NCBI RefSeq assembly: GCF_964204645.1 | Contig: NC_134029.1 | Coordinates: forward strand, 7,714,850 to 7,778,849 | Direction: 5' to 3' | Source of the DNA: Tubulanus polymorphus | Lineage: Eukaryota > Animalia > Nemertea | Length of the DNA: 64,000 bases | In this document: piece by piece, positions 25,001-40,043 of the stretch | How positions within the stretch are numbered: position 1 is the stretch's first letter | Layout: every line of letters begins with the position of its first letter | Position numbers and translations under genes: made by a program | The notes under the pieces: generated by a model | Database searches by the model: none | What the model was told of the DNA's origin: nothing | What the model saw: the letters and a program-made list of their open reading frames with translations, nothing else

Positions 25001-28000
25001 TTACTGTCGTGATGACATTGGCGCGAGGTTCAGATGTCACCTACGAGGGTCGTATGATATCTAGGGATATAGATGCGAGGTTCAGATGTCATCTGCAAGG
25101 GTCGTATGATATCGTCGTTTGAATTGAAAAGAACAACACTTCACAACATCGCGAGATTGTGTCGGTTAGAGTACGGAAAGACGATCGGTCCATAGAATGT
25201 GGAATCACAAGAGAGCAAATTAAATGTCAGATAGATAGATGGTACGAATAATACAAGGGCAAGATCCGGCTGCCGAGTAAACATGTACCCGCTCCTTGAA
25301 GTTCGCGATCATTTCGCAATTGTTAATGGCACAATCTGGTAATTCTATCAGGGCCCCATCTGAACATCCAAAGATTACTAACGTAATAGGTGCGCACCAA
25401 AAGGATATCTAACCGTTGAGCTATTAAGTTATCAGATGATTGACGACCCTTCTGGGAATATTTTTCCCATTTTCATCAATATCAACCAGATTGTCAGAGG
25501 TTTTTCATCCGGCCATTTATTTCGACAAGAGAGAACACAGTCATCTCAGATTTTCGAGTAATCGAAATGAACTACCTACAGTCATCACCGTTTCTAACTA
25601 TTCAAAGATTTGCGTCATGAGCGCAATATCATGTTTTCTCACTTAGGGTTACGTCACTTCAAGTTAAAGCACCGACTAAGTGAATAACCGTGTTTCCTTG
25701 GAAACTGTTCAGATATTCATAATGGACTTGGCAAAATTCATCATCGCAAAGTTGTTTTTTTCCGGCATTCGAAATAGGTTTGAACTCGTCGGGAAATTCG
25801 CTGAATGTATAGATTCGCTTCGCCGCAGCTGTACATCGAATCTTCTGTTGAAAATACTTTCCAACTTTACCATGTTGATCTGGTGCGGTGAATGGATTTA
25901 AACCAGGAGATAAAACTGTTCACATATCGGTAACCCATCGCAGCTTGCCGAGGTCTCCAATTTTGTTTAGATGATGCGATATTACTCCAGTTCAATCTAT
26001 CCGAAATCTAGGTGTTGTTTTTGCCTATCCATAAACGTGTTAATAACTTATGCCTTACAGCATGATTAATATTACAAACGATTCGAGAAGTTATAATAAA
26101 CACGACCATTTGACCTATTCATAAACCAGTTTATATTGCAATGCATGTAATTATGCAAAACAATTAGTGTATATCATTGATGGGTAATAACGAAAATACA
26201 CAAATTTCGATGAGCACCGTTAAATATAAGGACAGATTGTACATGTGTAAAACGATGCGTTTTTGTAAAAGAATTTGCTCGCTGCCATTTTGCTTAGACA
26301 CTAAAGAACTATTTGTTTTGTGTAGTCTATCATATTTCACCAGTCTCTCGATATCTAACCGTGAAAATCTCGAATGGCCCCGACCAGTCATCACATCAAT
26401 TTAACTTTCCCCCAAGTGATTAAAAATGGTTTTCTTTCCAATTCATATTTCCATCGATATCGATGACTTATCACGTTAGTGCCGATATTGAATATGCTCC
26501 AGGATTTCACAGTTTTTAAGAATGACCTTTCTTTCCAATCAATAGTTTATGTATGTATAAAGATAACTTGCAGACGGCGCCATTGCAGACGAGAAAATGT
26601 AAAAATTACGGCGCTGAAAATCTCAAAGACTTTGTGCACGTTTTTACGCGTATCTGTGCGATAATTTTCGTTTCTTTGCGCCACCCACCATACACCATGG
26701 AAAACCAAAAAATATATATTTCATTCAAATATAAACGTCTATCAACAAATTTCCGTCAGAAAGTGGCACGCGTTGTCTCGAAGAATTACCTTTGATCTGA
26801 AGGTTGAAGAATCAAATGAATTGCATCAAAAGACGCCAATAAGAAGCGCGTATGCGAAGTACAAGTCGAATGAAAGCGACAGGCGCCAAGAGAAAATTGC
26901 AAATATTGATGAAATCGGGAGGAAATGAAAAGTATCGGTTGAATGCAGGAAACTTATAACGTTTTCAAAGAATTTATGCCAACATGGAAAAAATTCCCGA
27001 AATGAAAATTCGAAATTGAAAAACGTGTCATGTAAGTTCATTTCACGAACACGATTGACTCCATATATCCCCAACGACCTATAGTCATCTTAACTGTTTC
27101 ATTCATCATCCATTATCCATTAACATTAGAAAAGATAATTATAATTAATTAGATGCCATCTCATGGCCTAATTGGGAATTTTACGGGGACTGGAGCTTTC
27201 GCAACCATCGTAGACTCGCTTTAATCAACACGCTTTTTCTAATAAAACTATTCTTCGGCTCAAGATGCAATATTCTTTTAGTCTGCAGGACAATGCATTT
27301 CTTTGCAGCTCCCAGGAACATAGAGACGGCATGCGCTGAACGCTGAATTGCATCTTGCACGAAACGAATTTAGACCTGGATTGAAAAATGCGTGTGTTGA
27401 TCGAAAAAGTCTTCAGGTCCATGCAAGTAACTTTTTCATGAAAAGTAACAGACTGCGGATATAATTTTTCTGAATGAAAAGCACCGTTTATGTAATTGCA
27501 CCGAAAAAATAATTTGCGTCCTTAATGTGGAATATCTGTCCAGCAGATATCTGCATATCGAATGTCTTCTCTCTCGAATTTGCGAATTTAAGATTGGAAA
27601 ATTAATATCACATTTGCATAATTTAGTGCGTAATTGATTAATCATACTATCACCGAAGGAGACAACGCTTGTAGCACCACTACGCGTAGAAAAAGAAACA
27701 TAACCCGTTCGTTGATGAAATCTGCCTCTCCATATAACGTACATTTTTGCCGAACCCTAATCAACATGGTTTATGTTTGAGTCGATAGTGGTTTAACAGT
27801 CTCGACAGCGGATGCGAGGTAGATCTAGCGATAAATTGCCTCGCTTATGGTCATTTACAACGATTTCCAGCACGACAAACACCTAACGGCCATTCGTTAC
27901 ATTAATAACAAACAATACACCGTGATATTGAATAACGTAATGGTTCCATCGGCGAATAACAAGGGTCGAATGCGCGATGATGACTTCGATAAGGAAATTA

Positions 28001-28345
28001 ATGAACAAACTACATGCGGACCGCGGAAGGGTCGTACCTGACGGATTGATATTTCCCTCCTGGGGGTAATTGGGTTTTATATCGACCAAACACTTCTATA
28101 TGAAGACGAATTTTGCACGAAGCTGCTTAAAGCGCCATATGAAATCCACTCAGGCCATCCGTTCTAGTTACCTAAACGTTTTATTTCTTTCCAAATAGTT
28201 AGTTAGTATCTTGACTTATTCCGAGTTCGGTCCTGGCCGACGATAAGTGGCCTGACTGGTTTTGTGATTACATGTGAAATTCCTCCACGACAAAAAGACT
28301 ATAGGGAATGCACAAACAAACGCATAGAGGAAGAAAAAGTAATAT

Positions 28346-30924
28346 CAGTCCAGTCAAAACAGGACGAAATGTATAGTGAGGTTAGACAAAATTGCTCAAA
28401 CTCCAATTTTATGATAAATTGATAGAACATACTGACCTCAGTTCATATACGATATCTATATGGTTTGCATTCTTTGCAACAATGTAAAAAATGCATTTCC
28501 ATGGCAACAGCATCCTGTTTTCACCATATTTTGGGTAGATAATGTGGGGCCAAGTCATGAGAAAAATACAAACTTAGGGTCAAAACTTATGTTTTCCAAT
28601 ATGCGCTGTCCATATATGGCATTTAGAAATTGATTCGATTCAAGGTCAAGTTCATATCTAATTTCAAAGTCAAATTCAAACCAAGCACAGAAATTTAATT
28701 TTAAACGCCTTCTTTACATACGAAAATACAATATATCAATTTCAAATGATCAGGTTAAATATACATCATCAGATGAAAACATTGTTTCTTAGATTATGTT
28801 GCTAAGCCGCATGCAATGAGAGGTTTCCATAGAAACCAAAAAACCTAGTTTTTTCATCACCTGAAAGCGAAGCGTTATGTTACATTCATATTATGCGAAA
28901 GCAGTCACCCTTTTCATCAGTAAATGTCAGTTTTTTTAAGGAAAATATCAAGAGGTTTTAACTTATAGTCTTGATATTTAATTGTTATTGGCACTGTCAT
29001 GAGATACAACTCCGCGGATGGAATTGGAATCACATAATTCTTCGTTCTTGCCACCAGGGGGAGTTAAATATTGAATAATATATAATTTGTCTGTATGTAT
29101 TGGTATCTTTGCATATTTCGTAACCACAATCTATTGCAAAGTTGTAGCTCATGACATGTCCTATGATTTTAGTGAGTTTGAAGGTCATTGGTTATTGTAT
29201 ATGGTCACCAGCGGGCGTTGAATAATTGAATTACTAAGTATTTCCTTATTATATTGCCACCTGGGCATATTTCGTAACCACAATCAATTGCAAAACTGTA
29301 GCTCATGACATGTTCTATGATTGTGGGGAGTTCTTAGGTCATTGGGTTTTGTATAGGGTCGCCAGAGGGCGTTGAATAGTAGAATAATTTTGTATTTTTC
29401 TATTATATGAGTACCGGGTACCTAGGCATATTTTATTACCACAATCAATTGTCAATTTGGAGCTTGTGACATGTTCTACGATCGTGGTGAGTTTTAAGGT
29501 CATTGGTTCTTAGCCATCTCAATTATCTTGATCTTTCCTATTTGTATCCCCCAGGACCCATCAGCATGAAAAAAGTTTGGTCGATCGGACTCAAGATGGC
29601 CGTTTTTTTGTGTTTTTATTCCCAAAAATGTCAATTTTGGCCTGGAGTCCTGTAGCTTTCATGATGGTTCGGCATCTTTCATTGCAATTTTGGTGGGTAT
29701 TCTATGAAAAGGGATCTTTACATGTGACAGGTCTTTTCGATCAGCAAATTATCACACAATTGGCGGCCATCTTAGTGTCACCAGTACACTTTCGTAGGTA
29801 GAAAAATCTCCTCACATGGGATTTGGGATTACCCAATTTTTTGTTCTTGCTACCAGGGGGAGTTAAATATTTGATTGGTATCTATGCATATTTTGTAACT
29901 ACAATCAATTGCAAATTTGAAGCTCATGACATTTTATATAAATTGTGGTGCGTTTTGTGGTCATTGGTTTCAGTATATGGGCACCCTGGGCGTTGAGTAG
30001 TAGAACAACTTAGTATTTCCATATCATATTGGTACCTAAGCATATTTTTGTAACTACAATCTTGTAAAAGTTTTTCATGACATGGCTTATGATTATGGTG
30101 AGTTTCAAGCTCATTGGGTTTTGTACATGGGCACCAGGGGGCGTTGAATACTAGAATAACTTAGTACTCCCATATTATATTGGTACCTACGCATATTTAT
30201 GGCCCCGGCTGAACTTTAGTTGAGAGGGGGCATATAGATTTACCCCTGTCTGAATACCCCGCCGCCGCAAGTGACCTAGAGTCCGCAATTATTGACCGAA
30301 TCATTTCAAACTTGGTACACAAGACAGTAGGATATCACTTGGGACAGAAGTCTATATAAAATTGGGTTGATTCGATTCAAATTATGGCCAACAGGGGGCC
30401 AACATGAACAACGACGTTTATAGCCTAGAGGCCGCAATTGTTGACCGATTAATTTCAAACTTGGTACACAAGTATCACTTGGCTACCAGGGGCCGACCTG
30501 AAAATCAACGTTAACAGCCTAGAGGCCGAAATTGTTGACCGATTCAAATTAAAGCCATCAGTGGAAAACAGCCCTGTATCTTCACGTGGCGATGAATTTC
30601 AGGCCGGGGGCATTCGAGGCTTTGCCTCATTCTAGTCTGTAACCACAATCAATTGCAAAATTCTAACTCATGGCATGTTCTATGATTGTGGTAAGTTTCC
30701 TGTTGCCCCTGATGATTTACTATGAAATACGGATGCAATGGCAATTGTGTGAAGATGACATGTTCATGTAGAAAAAATGGCTTGGCTTGTACATTGGCTT
30801 GTCGGCAGTGTAAAGGTATCACATGCATGAATCATGGGGATGCCATTCAATAAGGGCTTAATACTAGGTATTTAAACTGTGAACATTTGAGGCGACTATT
30901 CATAGCTCTATATTGACTGGACTA
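28346..30924. mobile_element. Large non-autonomous DNA element (Academ-like termini) with internal ~170-bp tandem subrepeats
   Basis: Ends (C)AGTCCAGTCAA ... TTGACTGGACTA; ACCACAATCAATTGCAAA/GCTCATGACATG/GGTCATTGG units recur from 29040 to 30700. Confidence 0.55.
30196..30636 (+). mobile_element. Helentron/HINE-like non-autonomous rolling-circle element
   Basis: Starts TTTATGGCCCCGGC; subterminal inverted GCCGGGGGCAT; hairpin GAGGC-TTT-GCCTC; ends CTAGT; splits a host GCATATT|..GTAACCACAATC subrepeat. Confidence 0.75.
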
Positions 30925-31174
30925 TGTGTACTGTTTTATACGTCTACATGTATTTGTTACATGAGATATGCGATTGCGATCATCTAATTTACCTTTCTTT
31001 AAGTTGATGATAAACTGGTTGCCAGAAGCTAATACCTGCAGAGACGTATGTGTTGAACACCCAATGCCAATTTCAATCATGTGTTTATAACATCTCAAAA
31101 TTCATTATGACCTTAACCTTGAATCGATATTGCTTTTTTATATGAAGAAAAACCACAAGAGCATTTGGCGTGTC

Positions 31175-31409
31175 TGTTTATAACTTCACCAGCGCGCATT
31201 GTTGCATTAAATTTATGAATGAGAAATATCATTTAAAAAATTAATTCTCAGCTGAGTTCATCGATATTTTTACTTCTTTTTTATCATAATCCAATCCAGA
31301 GATATGAACGAAATAAGAAAATCAAACAGGGAAAAAATAGGAACAAAAAATTCAACAATGCGGACCCAGCGGGTACCCAAAAAAGGCGCCTGGAAACAGT
31401 AAAAAGGCA
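31175..31409. mobile_element. Solo terminal arm of the 21705-23896 family
   Basis: Matches 23657-23893 (TGTTTATAACTTCACCAGCGC ... GCGCCTGGAAAC.GTAAAAAGGC); a more decayed piece lies at ~9405-9483. Confidence 0.85.
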
Positions 31410-33451
31410 TATTATATGAGTAGTCGAAATATCAAAGACTCTCGAAGTTCTTTTTAGTTTCTCCTTCATATTGAGGGTGTTTCTTCAGTTGAATAAGACA
31501 GCCACTTGTCTTTTGATAAGAAATACATGTAGTAGAACCAGATCGACTATAAATCTTGTATACTGTTTCAGATTCCGCCGATGGGATTTCTTCCATTCAG
31601 ATTGTCACGACTCGCAGGAACTTGAACGAACATCAATAGCAGCACGCTTTAAACGGCATTCAATTGCACACGCGAGCAGCCTGGATTCGAATATTTTACG
31701 TGTATCAAAAGGTATAACTGGTCGGCAAATTTTAATATCATTAATTCGTTCGCTAGAAAAATATCATCATCATCTTTTAAATCTGCCAGGTATAGTTAAA
31801 AGTTGATCCGCCGAGAGACTCGTTGACAGGTTTAATAATGATTGAAAGCGGCCTGTCCGTATAAACTCACTGGTGGCTTTCCCGATGATGATAATCATCC
31901 CTTGAGTTATGAAGCCATTCATCAAATTCACGCTCTCGTGAAGCGAGATTTTATGAGCGCGAAATAAATCTTTAATCACCAATCGACTCTGAATTCATTG
32001 TGCCGTTTTAACGAGATATTTTGTCACAGAGACAGAATGAACAAGAGGCTGCCGGCTGCGTCGACAAGTTGCCTCGTCGCCAATTATGTCGTACGATATA
32101 TCAACCTCGTAATATCGTGACGCCCACGAAAACATCTACGCATAAAACACGTCTCTTACTGGCACTGATTACTGCCGTTAACGTCTTATTAGGAATAACC
32201 AAAAAGAACGAAGAAAAGATATTTCGTATTTAGGTTACAAATATACACCGTATATTGTACGCATATTGTACATTCTGTGCATGCCAGTAGAGGAGCCAGC
32301 TATATAGAGCAGAATATATGCCCTCTATTTGCTACAACATGGTAGACGACGTCCCTGTGACAGCGCATCTCCTAATCTGAAGTATATTTAATTACAACCG
32401 GGAGCATCGCGGACCTTGGCGCAGACAAAAAGGGTTGGTCGAAGCTTGCAGTCGCCTATTCCGCAGCCGACCGGTATAGTAGTAGTACACTGAAATATGT
32501 TCGACTGTTTTTTTACGTCCGGTGACACGGTGAAAAATCAATATTTCTTTCATGGGAACGAAATGACCCTTTCGTCCGAACGAAATGGTTTCAGTTACCA
32601 AATTGAATTACGTGGCAGGTTACGAAATAAATGTGTAATTAATATATTTCAATCATGGAGTGTGAATGTGTTAATATAACGGTGATACGTGCAACTGACA
32701 TTACGTTACGAAATGCGAGAACCTTATTCTTAATCTTACAGCATCAAATTGAAATATGCAACTGTTCGAATTTTGTTTCATGCAGTGGGGGATACTGGGG
32801 GTGTTGGGGTTCGGACTGCCCAATCCCTTGAATTTTGAGTTCCCCAAAAATTCCATCCTCAAAAATTCGATGTCGAAATTAAGCTGAACAATTGAAAAAA
32901 ATGTTTTGATGTTTTGCTGCGGCAATTAGTTGTTTCACCGATTAAGAACTTCTAAAAAATCTAAGTGTATTTGAGCAATGAAATCGCCGGTAAATCTTGG
33001 AAAAGGCCCTATATTTCTTAGGCCTGGGTCTGCTCTTGTCATATGTATGGTTTTAGCAGTACTGACACTTCCTAGTGCGCACCAACCATGGCGGAGCCCT
33101 AATAATGCAGATGTCAAAATAATCACGTCTTCACCTGAAAGAATTGTGCATCATTCCCCTGGAAAGTGCGCTAAGCATTTTCTTGTAATAACCCGCGAAA
33201 AGCCTGCGGTAATTTGTGAACATAACAGCCCGCTTTGTGGCAGCGTTTGGGTGTAAATCGTGTACGATATACGTATATATACGCACACTTTCTTTTTCTA
33301 TGTAGCCGCCGGGTTCATAATAATTGCAATAGGAATGTGCGCGGAAAATAGTTTGATTTGAAAATACGGGTACATGGAACTAAAGCGCTATCATCTCAGG
33401 CATTGTAATGGCGGACGGATGTGTACGTTTATTCTAAACGTTTAGTTATTC

Positions 33452-33483
33452 CATGGACGTATAATCTAGTTTATACGTCCATG
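33452..33483. mobile_element. 32-bp P-element-like mini-MITE with 7-bp TSD
   Basis: GTTATTC | CATGGACGTATAA-TCTAGT-TTATACGTCCATG | GTTATTC: perfect 13-bp TIRs and a perfect 7-bp flanking duplication. Confidence 0.8.
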
Positions 33484-35035
33484 GTTATTCCGTATAGTGT
33501 GTATGCATTTAATTTCAAGGGTCTAGAACAGTCTTAGTCCAAGGCTTTTCAGATAATACCAAGCATAGCAGTAGATTTAGACATGGATTTGATTTTGCAG
33601 GATGCGAACCCTCTTTTTGCTGAGAAAATTTGCTCTGGATGATTTCGTAGATGGTTTGTAGACGACTCTATATCATTTGGCATCTTGATCATGAAACATA
33701 GGGATTCTCAATCAGTAGCGCTGACTTGCGATTTCGTGTCAATCGTCAGTAATGGGTCCTTCAGGACCGCGTGTTTGTATCCATTACTGCATCAAAACCG
33801 CTATAATTGTCAGGTGAGGGAAACATTATCAGAATTGTCATTATCGAAAAAAGAATCCGGCTGTCATGTCAATAGTAGAATATATGCGTGGAACGTAACG
33901 CGGAGCGTAATTACTGAATAGTATTTGTATCAATTCTACGTCAATATGCTTCTACGTGGTACGGTTGGAACTTCTGCAGATAAAGTAGAAACCTCTGCAG
34001 GTATGCAGATACAGGAGAAACTTCTGCAGGTACAGCAAGAAATCTAGTATCATTCTTCGGAGGTAGACCAGGCGCGTTGGAAGCAATTTTTGATTGCTGC
34101 GGCCAAATACCGATTTTGGACAGGTTCTATTGCCGCGGCGAATTTACTTAATTTCTTCAAAAATGTGGTATTCAAAGAAAGAAAATGTCATTCAGTAAAT
34201 TAATGCCGCGGCTTCCTCGATACGGACTGAACCGATACCATGATAAGTATCGATATGAAACGATACGAAATTGATATCTAAAAACCCAAAGATTTTCTGA
34301 ACGAAAACAACTAATTGCTTTCAGCGATTTAGGGAAATTGCCCGAGGGAAAAGCACCTGCAAGAATCAAAGGTGTATTTGATATTTCAATCATAATTGAC
34401 TTCATTCATGAAATCATCTGAAATTGATTTAGAACATTTTCTTGAAACTTTTGAAAGCCAAAATAGATATAAACATAAACTTCACTTTCGAATGATTTTT
34501 TTTTTGAAAAGCTTTATCCATCCTTATGCATCGTCATATCCATGATTTCCGTGAAAACTGAAGGCAGGGACGAGGTAGGGCTGTACACTTGCGTTTCTCA
34601 ATGGTACAAGGGCTTACGATTCGTTATGAAATAAAGCATTAACCAATGCGCACAAATCGTGCAGGAGCGCCCCCAGAAACATGATCTCGGCGACGTATTG
34701 AGTGGTCAGTAAACAACGGAAAAGTCCCGCCAGACGAATAACGCACTTTAGGTGGATTGGTCGGGAAATCACAACTTTCACTAATGGTGCATTCAGTATA
34801 TAATCTTAGCTTTACTCACGACCAACATTTTGCCATAAAATGAATTGAATGCAATAACAAAAGGAATGGTCTGCTTTATGAGGAATACACGTGAATACGC
34901 TATTAATAATAATAAATGAACTTAATAAGAAAATAAATAAATTGGAAAATCCCAAAATGAAACTCATTGGCCTAAAATCCCAAAATGAACTCATTGGCCT
35001 AAATTTGATATAGATTACAAAAGATGTCTATCCAG

Positions 35036-35160
35036 GGCCCCAGTTTCACAAAAGAGTTGAACTCAAATTTTTGGTGTAATTGCTATTGGTTACTTCATGT
35101 TTTCAATGAGGACAACAAACTTAACCGTTTTAAGCTTTAACTTTTTTGTGAAACTGGGCC
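35036..35160. mobile_element. Harbinger-type MITE, CAG TSD
   Basis: CAG|GGCCCCAGTTTCACAAAA ... TTTTGTGAAACTGGGCC|CAG. Confidence 0.75.
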
Positions 35161-37242
35161 CAGAATGCAGAATAAATGGGCTTCATGTATTTTACTCCAG
35201 AAATATCCCCATCCCCTTAATTGCATTCTGACATACGTGAAAGATATCGGAACTTTATCTTTTCTTCGTAGGTCAAATGTGTTCGTCCAAATCGACCCAA
35301 ATGGACGTAGTAGTCCGACATCACTCATAGGCCTACAAGGATAACAGGATAACGGAGTGCTACATGAAGTGTCGCCATTTTTCCATAATGAATAGATATA
35401 GAACTCGATATCGGAATTTGCTACGAGAATCCATCTCGACACCAATCGACGAAGGTCTACTGAACGTGTCGTGTAAAAAAAGAATCAGCGACGAATCAAA
35501 CGGACATCTCGATGCACTTACTGATGTCATCGTGTATAGAGTCTTTATAGAATGTACCTGAGTGAACTTGATGATGAAATTATTTTACTTTTCTCTAAAA
35601 AAAGATTGATAATAGAAATTACCCATTAGTTTACTGATCGTGTATAATATATAGGATTTAAATACAAAATAATTAAGTTCGTTTACAACCATTCGAAACC
35701 TAGACATTTTAAATCGTTCAAAAAGTATACATTATATACTAAGAGGCTCTAGCGGCCTATACCGAGAGGGGAGTTTTAAAATGGGGATTTTAGGATCTTC
35801 GGGAATGGATAAGAGAGCATTGGGGCATTTGGATTTTTTGGTTCTGTGTTCGTTAGTAACGATAAGGTGGGCAAGTAAAGCACTACACGAGGATAATATC
35901 ATGTAAAAGGGGACAGATGATATTTACCCATAAGTCCCCATTACGCGGATTAGATTTGTCATTTGTTTATGAAATATTACATTTCATTGACCAGTCCAGC
36001 GTGTCTAACGTGGTCATTTTGTAAATAGTTTACAATTCTGTTTTCAATTTATCATTTTGTAAATAGTTTACAATTCTGTTTTCAATTTATCGTTCAACAA
36101 AATAATAAACGCTTATTCGATTCACTAGAAACATAAACTAAAACAATTTACTTGACAAAGCTCGCCTTTTTGCCGAAGTCAGATTTTACGCAACAATGGC
36201 ATACTACCGGTTTAGCTAGGCTAATTAGCGCGTTTTAACGGATGGAGCGTTTTCAGAAAAACATGTAACATACACCGGCTTATCTACAGCTAAACCGACT
36301 AAATTCAAACCCCCGGTCTAACTGCGGAAATAGGCGTTAACAAAGTAGGACGAGAATTCCATTAGTCTGAGTTCCCAGTGGAACCCTTCATATCCGCCGT
36401 GTTCCCCTTCACACAGCCAGGTACAAATCACACGGGCAACGAATGACGCAAATGTATCATTTCATCTTCGTCATGCAATCATAATACGCATTATTCACCA
36501 GCAGTTGCGCTGCGATGCCACCGCCGTTGTAAGCGGTAAGTTTGTAAAATCGAACTAAAGATGCCGCGCATTCATTAAAACGCACGTTGACGACTAACGC
36601 TGAAGAGGGTATAGACCCTGCGGAGAGCGAACAGATTCAAATCAATTATGTACAGATGAGGAGAAAATATGGTGTATATGATGACAATTCCAATCGAAGG
36701 GAAAGGACAGGCTCCACCTCAGACTTATCAGATAGTCGATACAACTTATCGATAAAATGTGTAACTTATCAGGCGTATATACAGAACGCCGCTAACATTC
36801 AATTCTCTTTTCGACAATAAGCGTCGCGTAATCATTAGAAAATGGTTGAGGCTAAATCGCGGTGACTATCAGAATGAAAGAACTCGAAGAGAGGCACACA
36901 CGGAGAAATTGATTTACAATTGCCTTTAATGACTGCGCCAGAAGTCGAGAATAAAGGACGTTTTAACTTTCAAATTGCGAGGGATTCGACACTGGAATCG
37001 GATACTGGCATTCGAATAACAGCGTCGAGTAGCGTGTATGAACATAACTCCGCATTTGTTATTCCAGTGCTTCTTGTTTTATGAAACGGTTCCAGTAAAC
37101 CAAAAAATACCATCAATTATTCTTTTATCCTAGAATAGGAATTTTCTCTCCTATGCTTGATTTGGTCTGACTTTTACTTTCATTTGGTGTCCCTTACAAA
37201 CCCACCATCCCTCGGAATTCCAAGTGGTGGTCGAATTTACAG

Positions 37243-37370
37243 GGGCCAGTTGCTCAAAAGTTGGTTAAAGATATACCGGTGGATAAATACCATAGCAACA
37301 ATGATATTTCAATTGTCACTATGTCAACTATCCACTGGTAAACTGTAACTAACTTTTGAGCAACTGGCCC
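37243..37370. mobile_element. Harbinger-type MITE, CAG TSD
   Basis: CAG|GGGCCAGTTGCTCAAAAGTT ... AACTTTTGAGCAACTGGCCC|CAG; a partial copy lies at ~22652-22695. Confidence 0.82.
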
Positions 37371-40043
37371 CAGAATGTTTGTTTAAATCGAAGTACGTAA
37401 TGGAAATTTCAGTTCATTCGGTTCATTCAGACAATTTCCTAACCAGCCCGAACCGGCAAGACCACGCGGAAGTAGTAGAACATGGAGGATCTGAGTGCAT
37501 GATAACCCTTGTTTAAAAACAAATTTTGAAAACAGAATGAGATAGGAATTTCGTTAAATATGATTATTTTAATAAAGTAAAAAATCAGAATGATTCGACG
37601 AACCGCATTCTCAGTAGAGACCATCGTTAATGTCGATACGTCGTGTCATTTCATTTCTTTGACTTTATTCATATTTGATAGAATTTTTTTTCATAATTCT
37701 GTTTTTAGAATTTGTTTGAATAGGGGGATTTATGCATTAAAATTCACGATGTTCTGCTATTGAACCGTGCTTTTACATTGATAAATTGAATGTTGTTTGT
37801 GCATTTTAATTCTTTGATTTTAATCATTGATAAATTCAAACTCTCAATTTCCTGTGTGTTTTGGTCCCAAAGGACTTGAACGACTTCCGCAAATTGAAAA
37901 TATCATGTTATAAGCCAAGTGTTAATCTATCAATTAAGATTCATTATTTTTTCTATTCGATGTGTTAAATTAATGATTCTTCAAAAAATCAACTGGAATC
38001 AAAATGTGTGTAAAATTTGCTCACGTCAGTACGAGATATCATATATGTTTTACATATAAACACGTCTACTCATTGACATTTGAGATCATTTAATTGAAAG
38101 TTTGGTTCAAAAACAATTAGTCACAACTAAGCCCCAACGCACTCCCAAAACGTTCAGCCAGATAAAAAACCGCTTTTTTCACGAGTAAAAAATTTCTTGT
38201 GCATTGGGTGAATGATGCATATACTCTTTCAGTTTAATTCTTCGTAAGTTATTGAATTTAGTACGTATGACATCATTGTGGTATCTATAGTATACAATTG
38301 CAGATGCTCACACCAGGTCTTTGAGATTTATCGTTCAAATTCTACCTCTCTGCTATAATTCATATCGCCTTATGATTTCTGAGAATATCTTTATTCGAGA
38401 AAGTTGATAAGATTGTTAGAACGTTGTGCGTAACAGCTCTGTAGTTTCGTGGCTCTGTTCTGAGACTTATAGCTGAACTTACCTATCAGCGGTGATTCTG
38501 TTCTGATTTCCTTTTTCCACAATCTGTGCACTCAAAGTTGCTCATACGACGCACAAAAAAGAACTAATCCCATGAAATCCGGCGTGTAAATCCACATTAA
38601 CTCAATTGGAAGAAACCCATTAACGAAAATCGGTTGTTTCCGAGATGAAATGAATAGGCTGACGAGCTACCGCAGAAACCTGGTATATAGATTTTGCTAA
38701 TTCAAAGCGATTCACTTCAGTAAGCGAAATGCGTAATCAAAATCTTAACGATTGACTGTTCGTATCTTCCTGTAATCAAAGAAAAGGATTTCGATAGCAT
38801 CATATTTCATATCGAAGTTCGCTTATACTTTATTTCCACACTAGGTTTACAAAAGCAATTATCTCTCACCGAGTCCAATCGATCACCGCAAAGCTTGCAG
38901 ACGATATCAGCGACGCGGCGCGTTGTCATACGACCGCATGGTCGTTGGTCCTCTTCGGTTCGTTGTCGGCATGTTTTACATATTACAGTGTTTTGAAAGT
39001 TGTCATAGATATTTAGTTTATTCTGTCAACAGGAGGGAATCGAACTCGCAACCAAGCCGCACAATGTTCACCAAACTCTGAGCATTGTATTCATTGGTTT
39101 TACTTCGCGATATCAGGATCGACGATAGATTCTCTTGTGGCACAATATCCACATATAGAAATAATCCCTCGCGTGCGCGCCGTAAACCTCATCCACCCTT
39201 AAGACAAGATCAGTATAATAACATTAATTTAATTCCATCAGAATTTTCTGTCAATAAATTCCCAATCTCATATGGGGAACGTCGATCAACGGAGAAAAGA
39301 AGAAGCAATGTGGTGATCAATTGTACATCAGTTTTGTAAGCGACCCGTAAAAAGGATATCCTGTCGCAGTCTAGCTGTCATCTTAAATACTATGCGAAGA
39401 AGAACTAGCCAAAACAATGCCCGGGAAATATCGCCCGAAATGGGACGGATCCTGATTATTCACGCATAACGAAGTCGTCTCTCCCGAGCAATCCTGTTTG
39501 AATGAAAATCAACAACATCAATCGCATAAGTCATCTTTTCATTCATTTATCCGAACAGTAATAATTTCTTTGTATTGCAATGTTAAGAACGGGTTATTCC
39601 AAGTAGTCTATATCGAGTCTCGAGAAAATAAAGTTCGTGTGAGCTGAAAATCTAATGGTAAAACCTATATATACATTTTTATTAACTATAATGCCGTAAT
39701 ATTATTTACATTACACTATATATTAATATATACAATTACCCTTGTGACGTTACGACAACTTGAAAGCAAAACGATTCTCAAATTGCTTTATCCACCAGTT
39801 GTTTTCAGTCATGGTCGCATAGGAAGTTTAATTTCGCTATCGCATCTCCGCACAAGCTCTGCACAAACTATTCGCCCCAAGGACATTTCCGTAACAAGAG
39901 TTAGTTTCCTTTAAACAACAATTCACATTCGGAGGCTGTTGAAATGGGAATATATACGTTTCATCTTACTGATGTAATGAAAACCATGGAACCCAACGCC
40001 GAAATTGAAAGAGATATACGACGATATATAATTATCTGACTAT

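Noticed and set aside
36600-36630. Hammerhead-like CTGAAGA-GGGT(ATAG)ACCC
   Set aside because: The stem is followed by TGCG, not GAAA, so there is no catalytic core.
36587-36820. Protein-like plus-strand ORF (EEGIDPAESEQ...)
   Set aside because: Annotated start is TTG, with no convincing splice sites or recognisable domain; unsupported without expression data.
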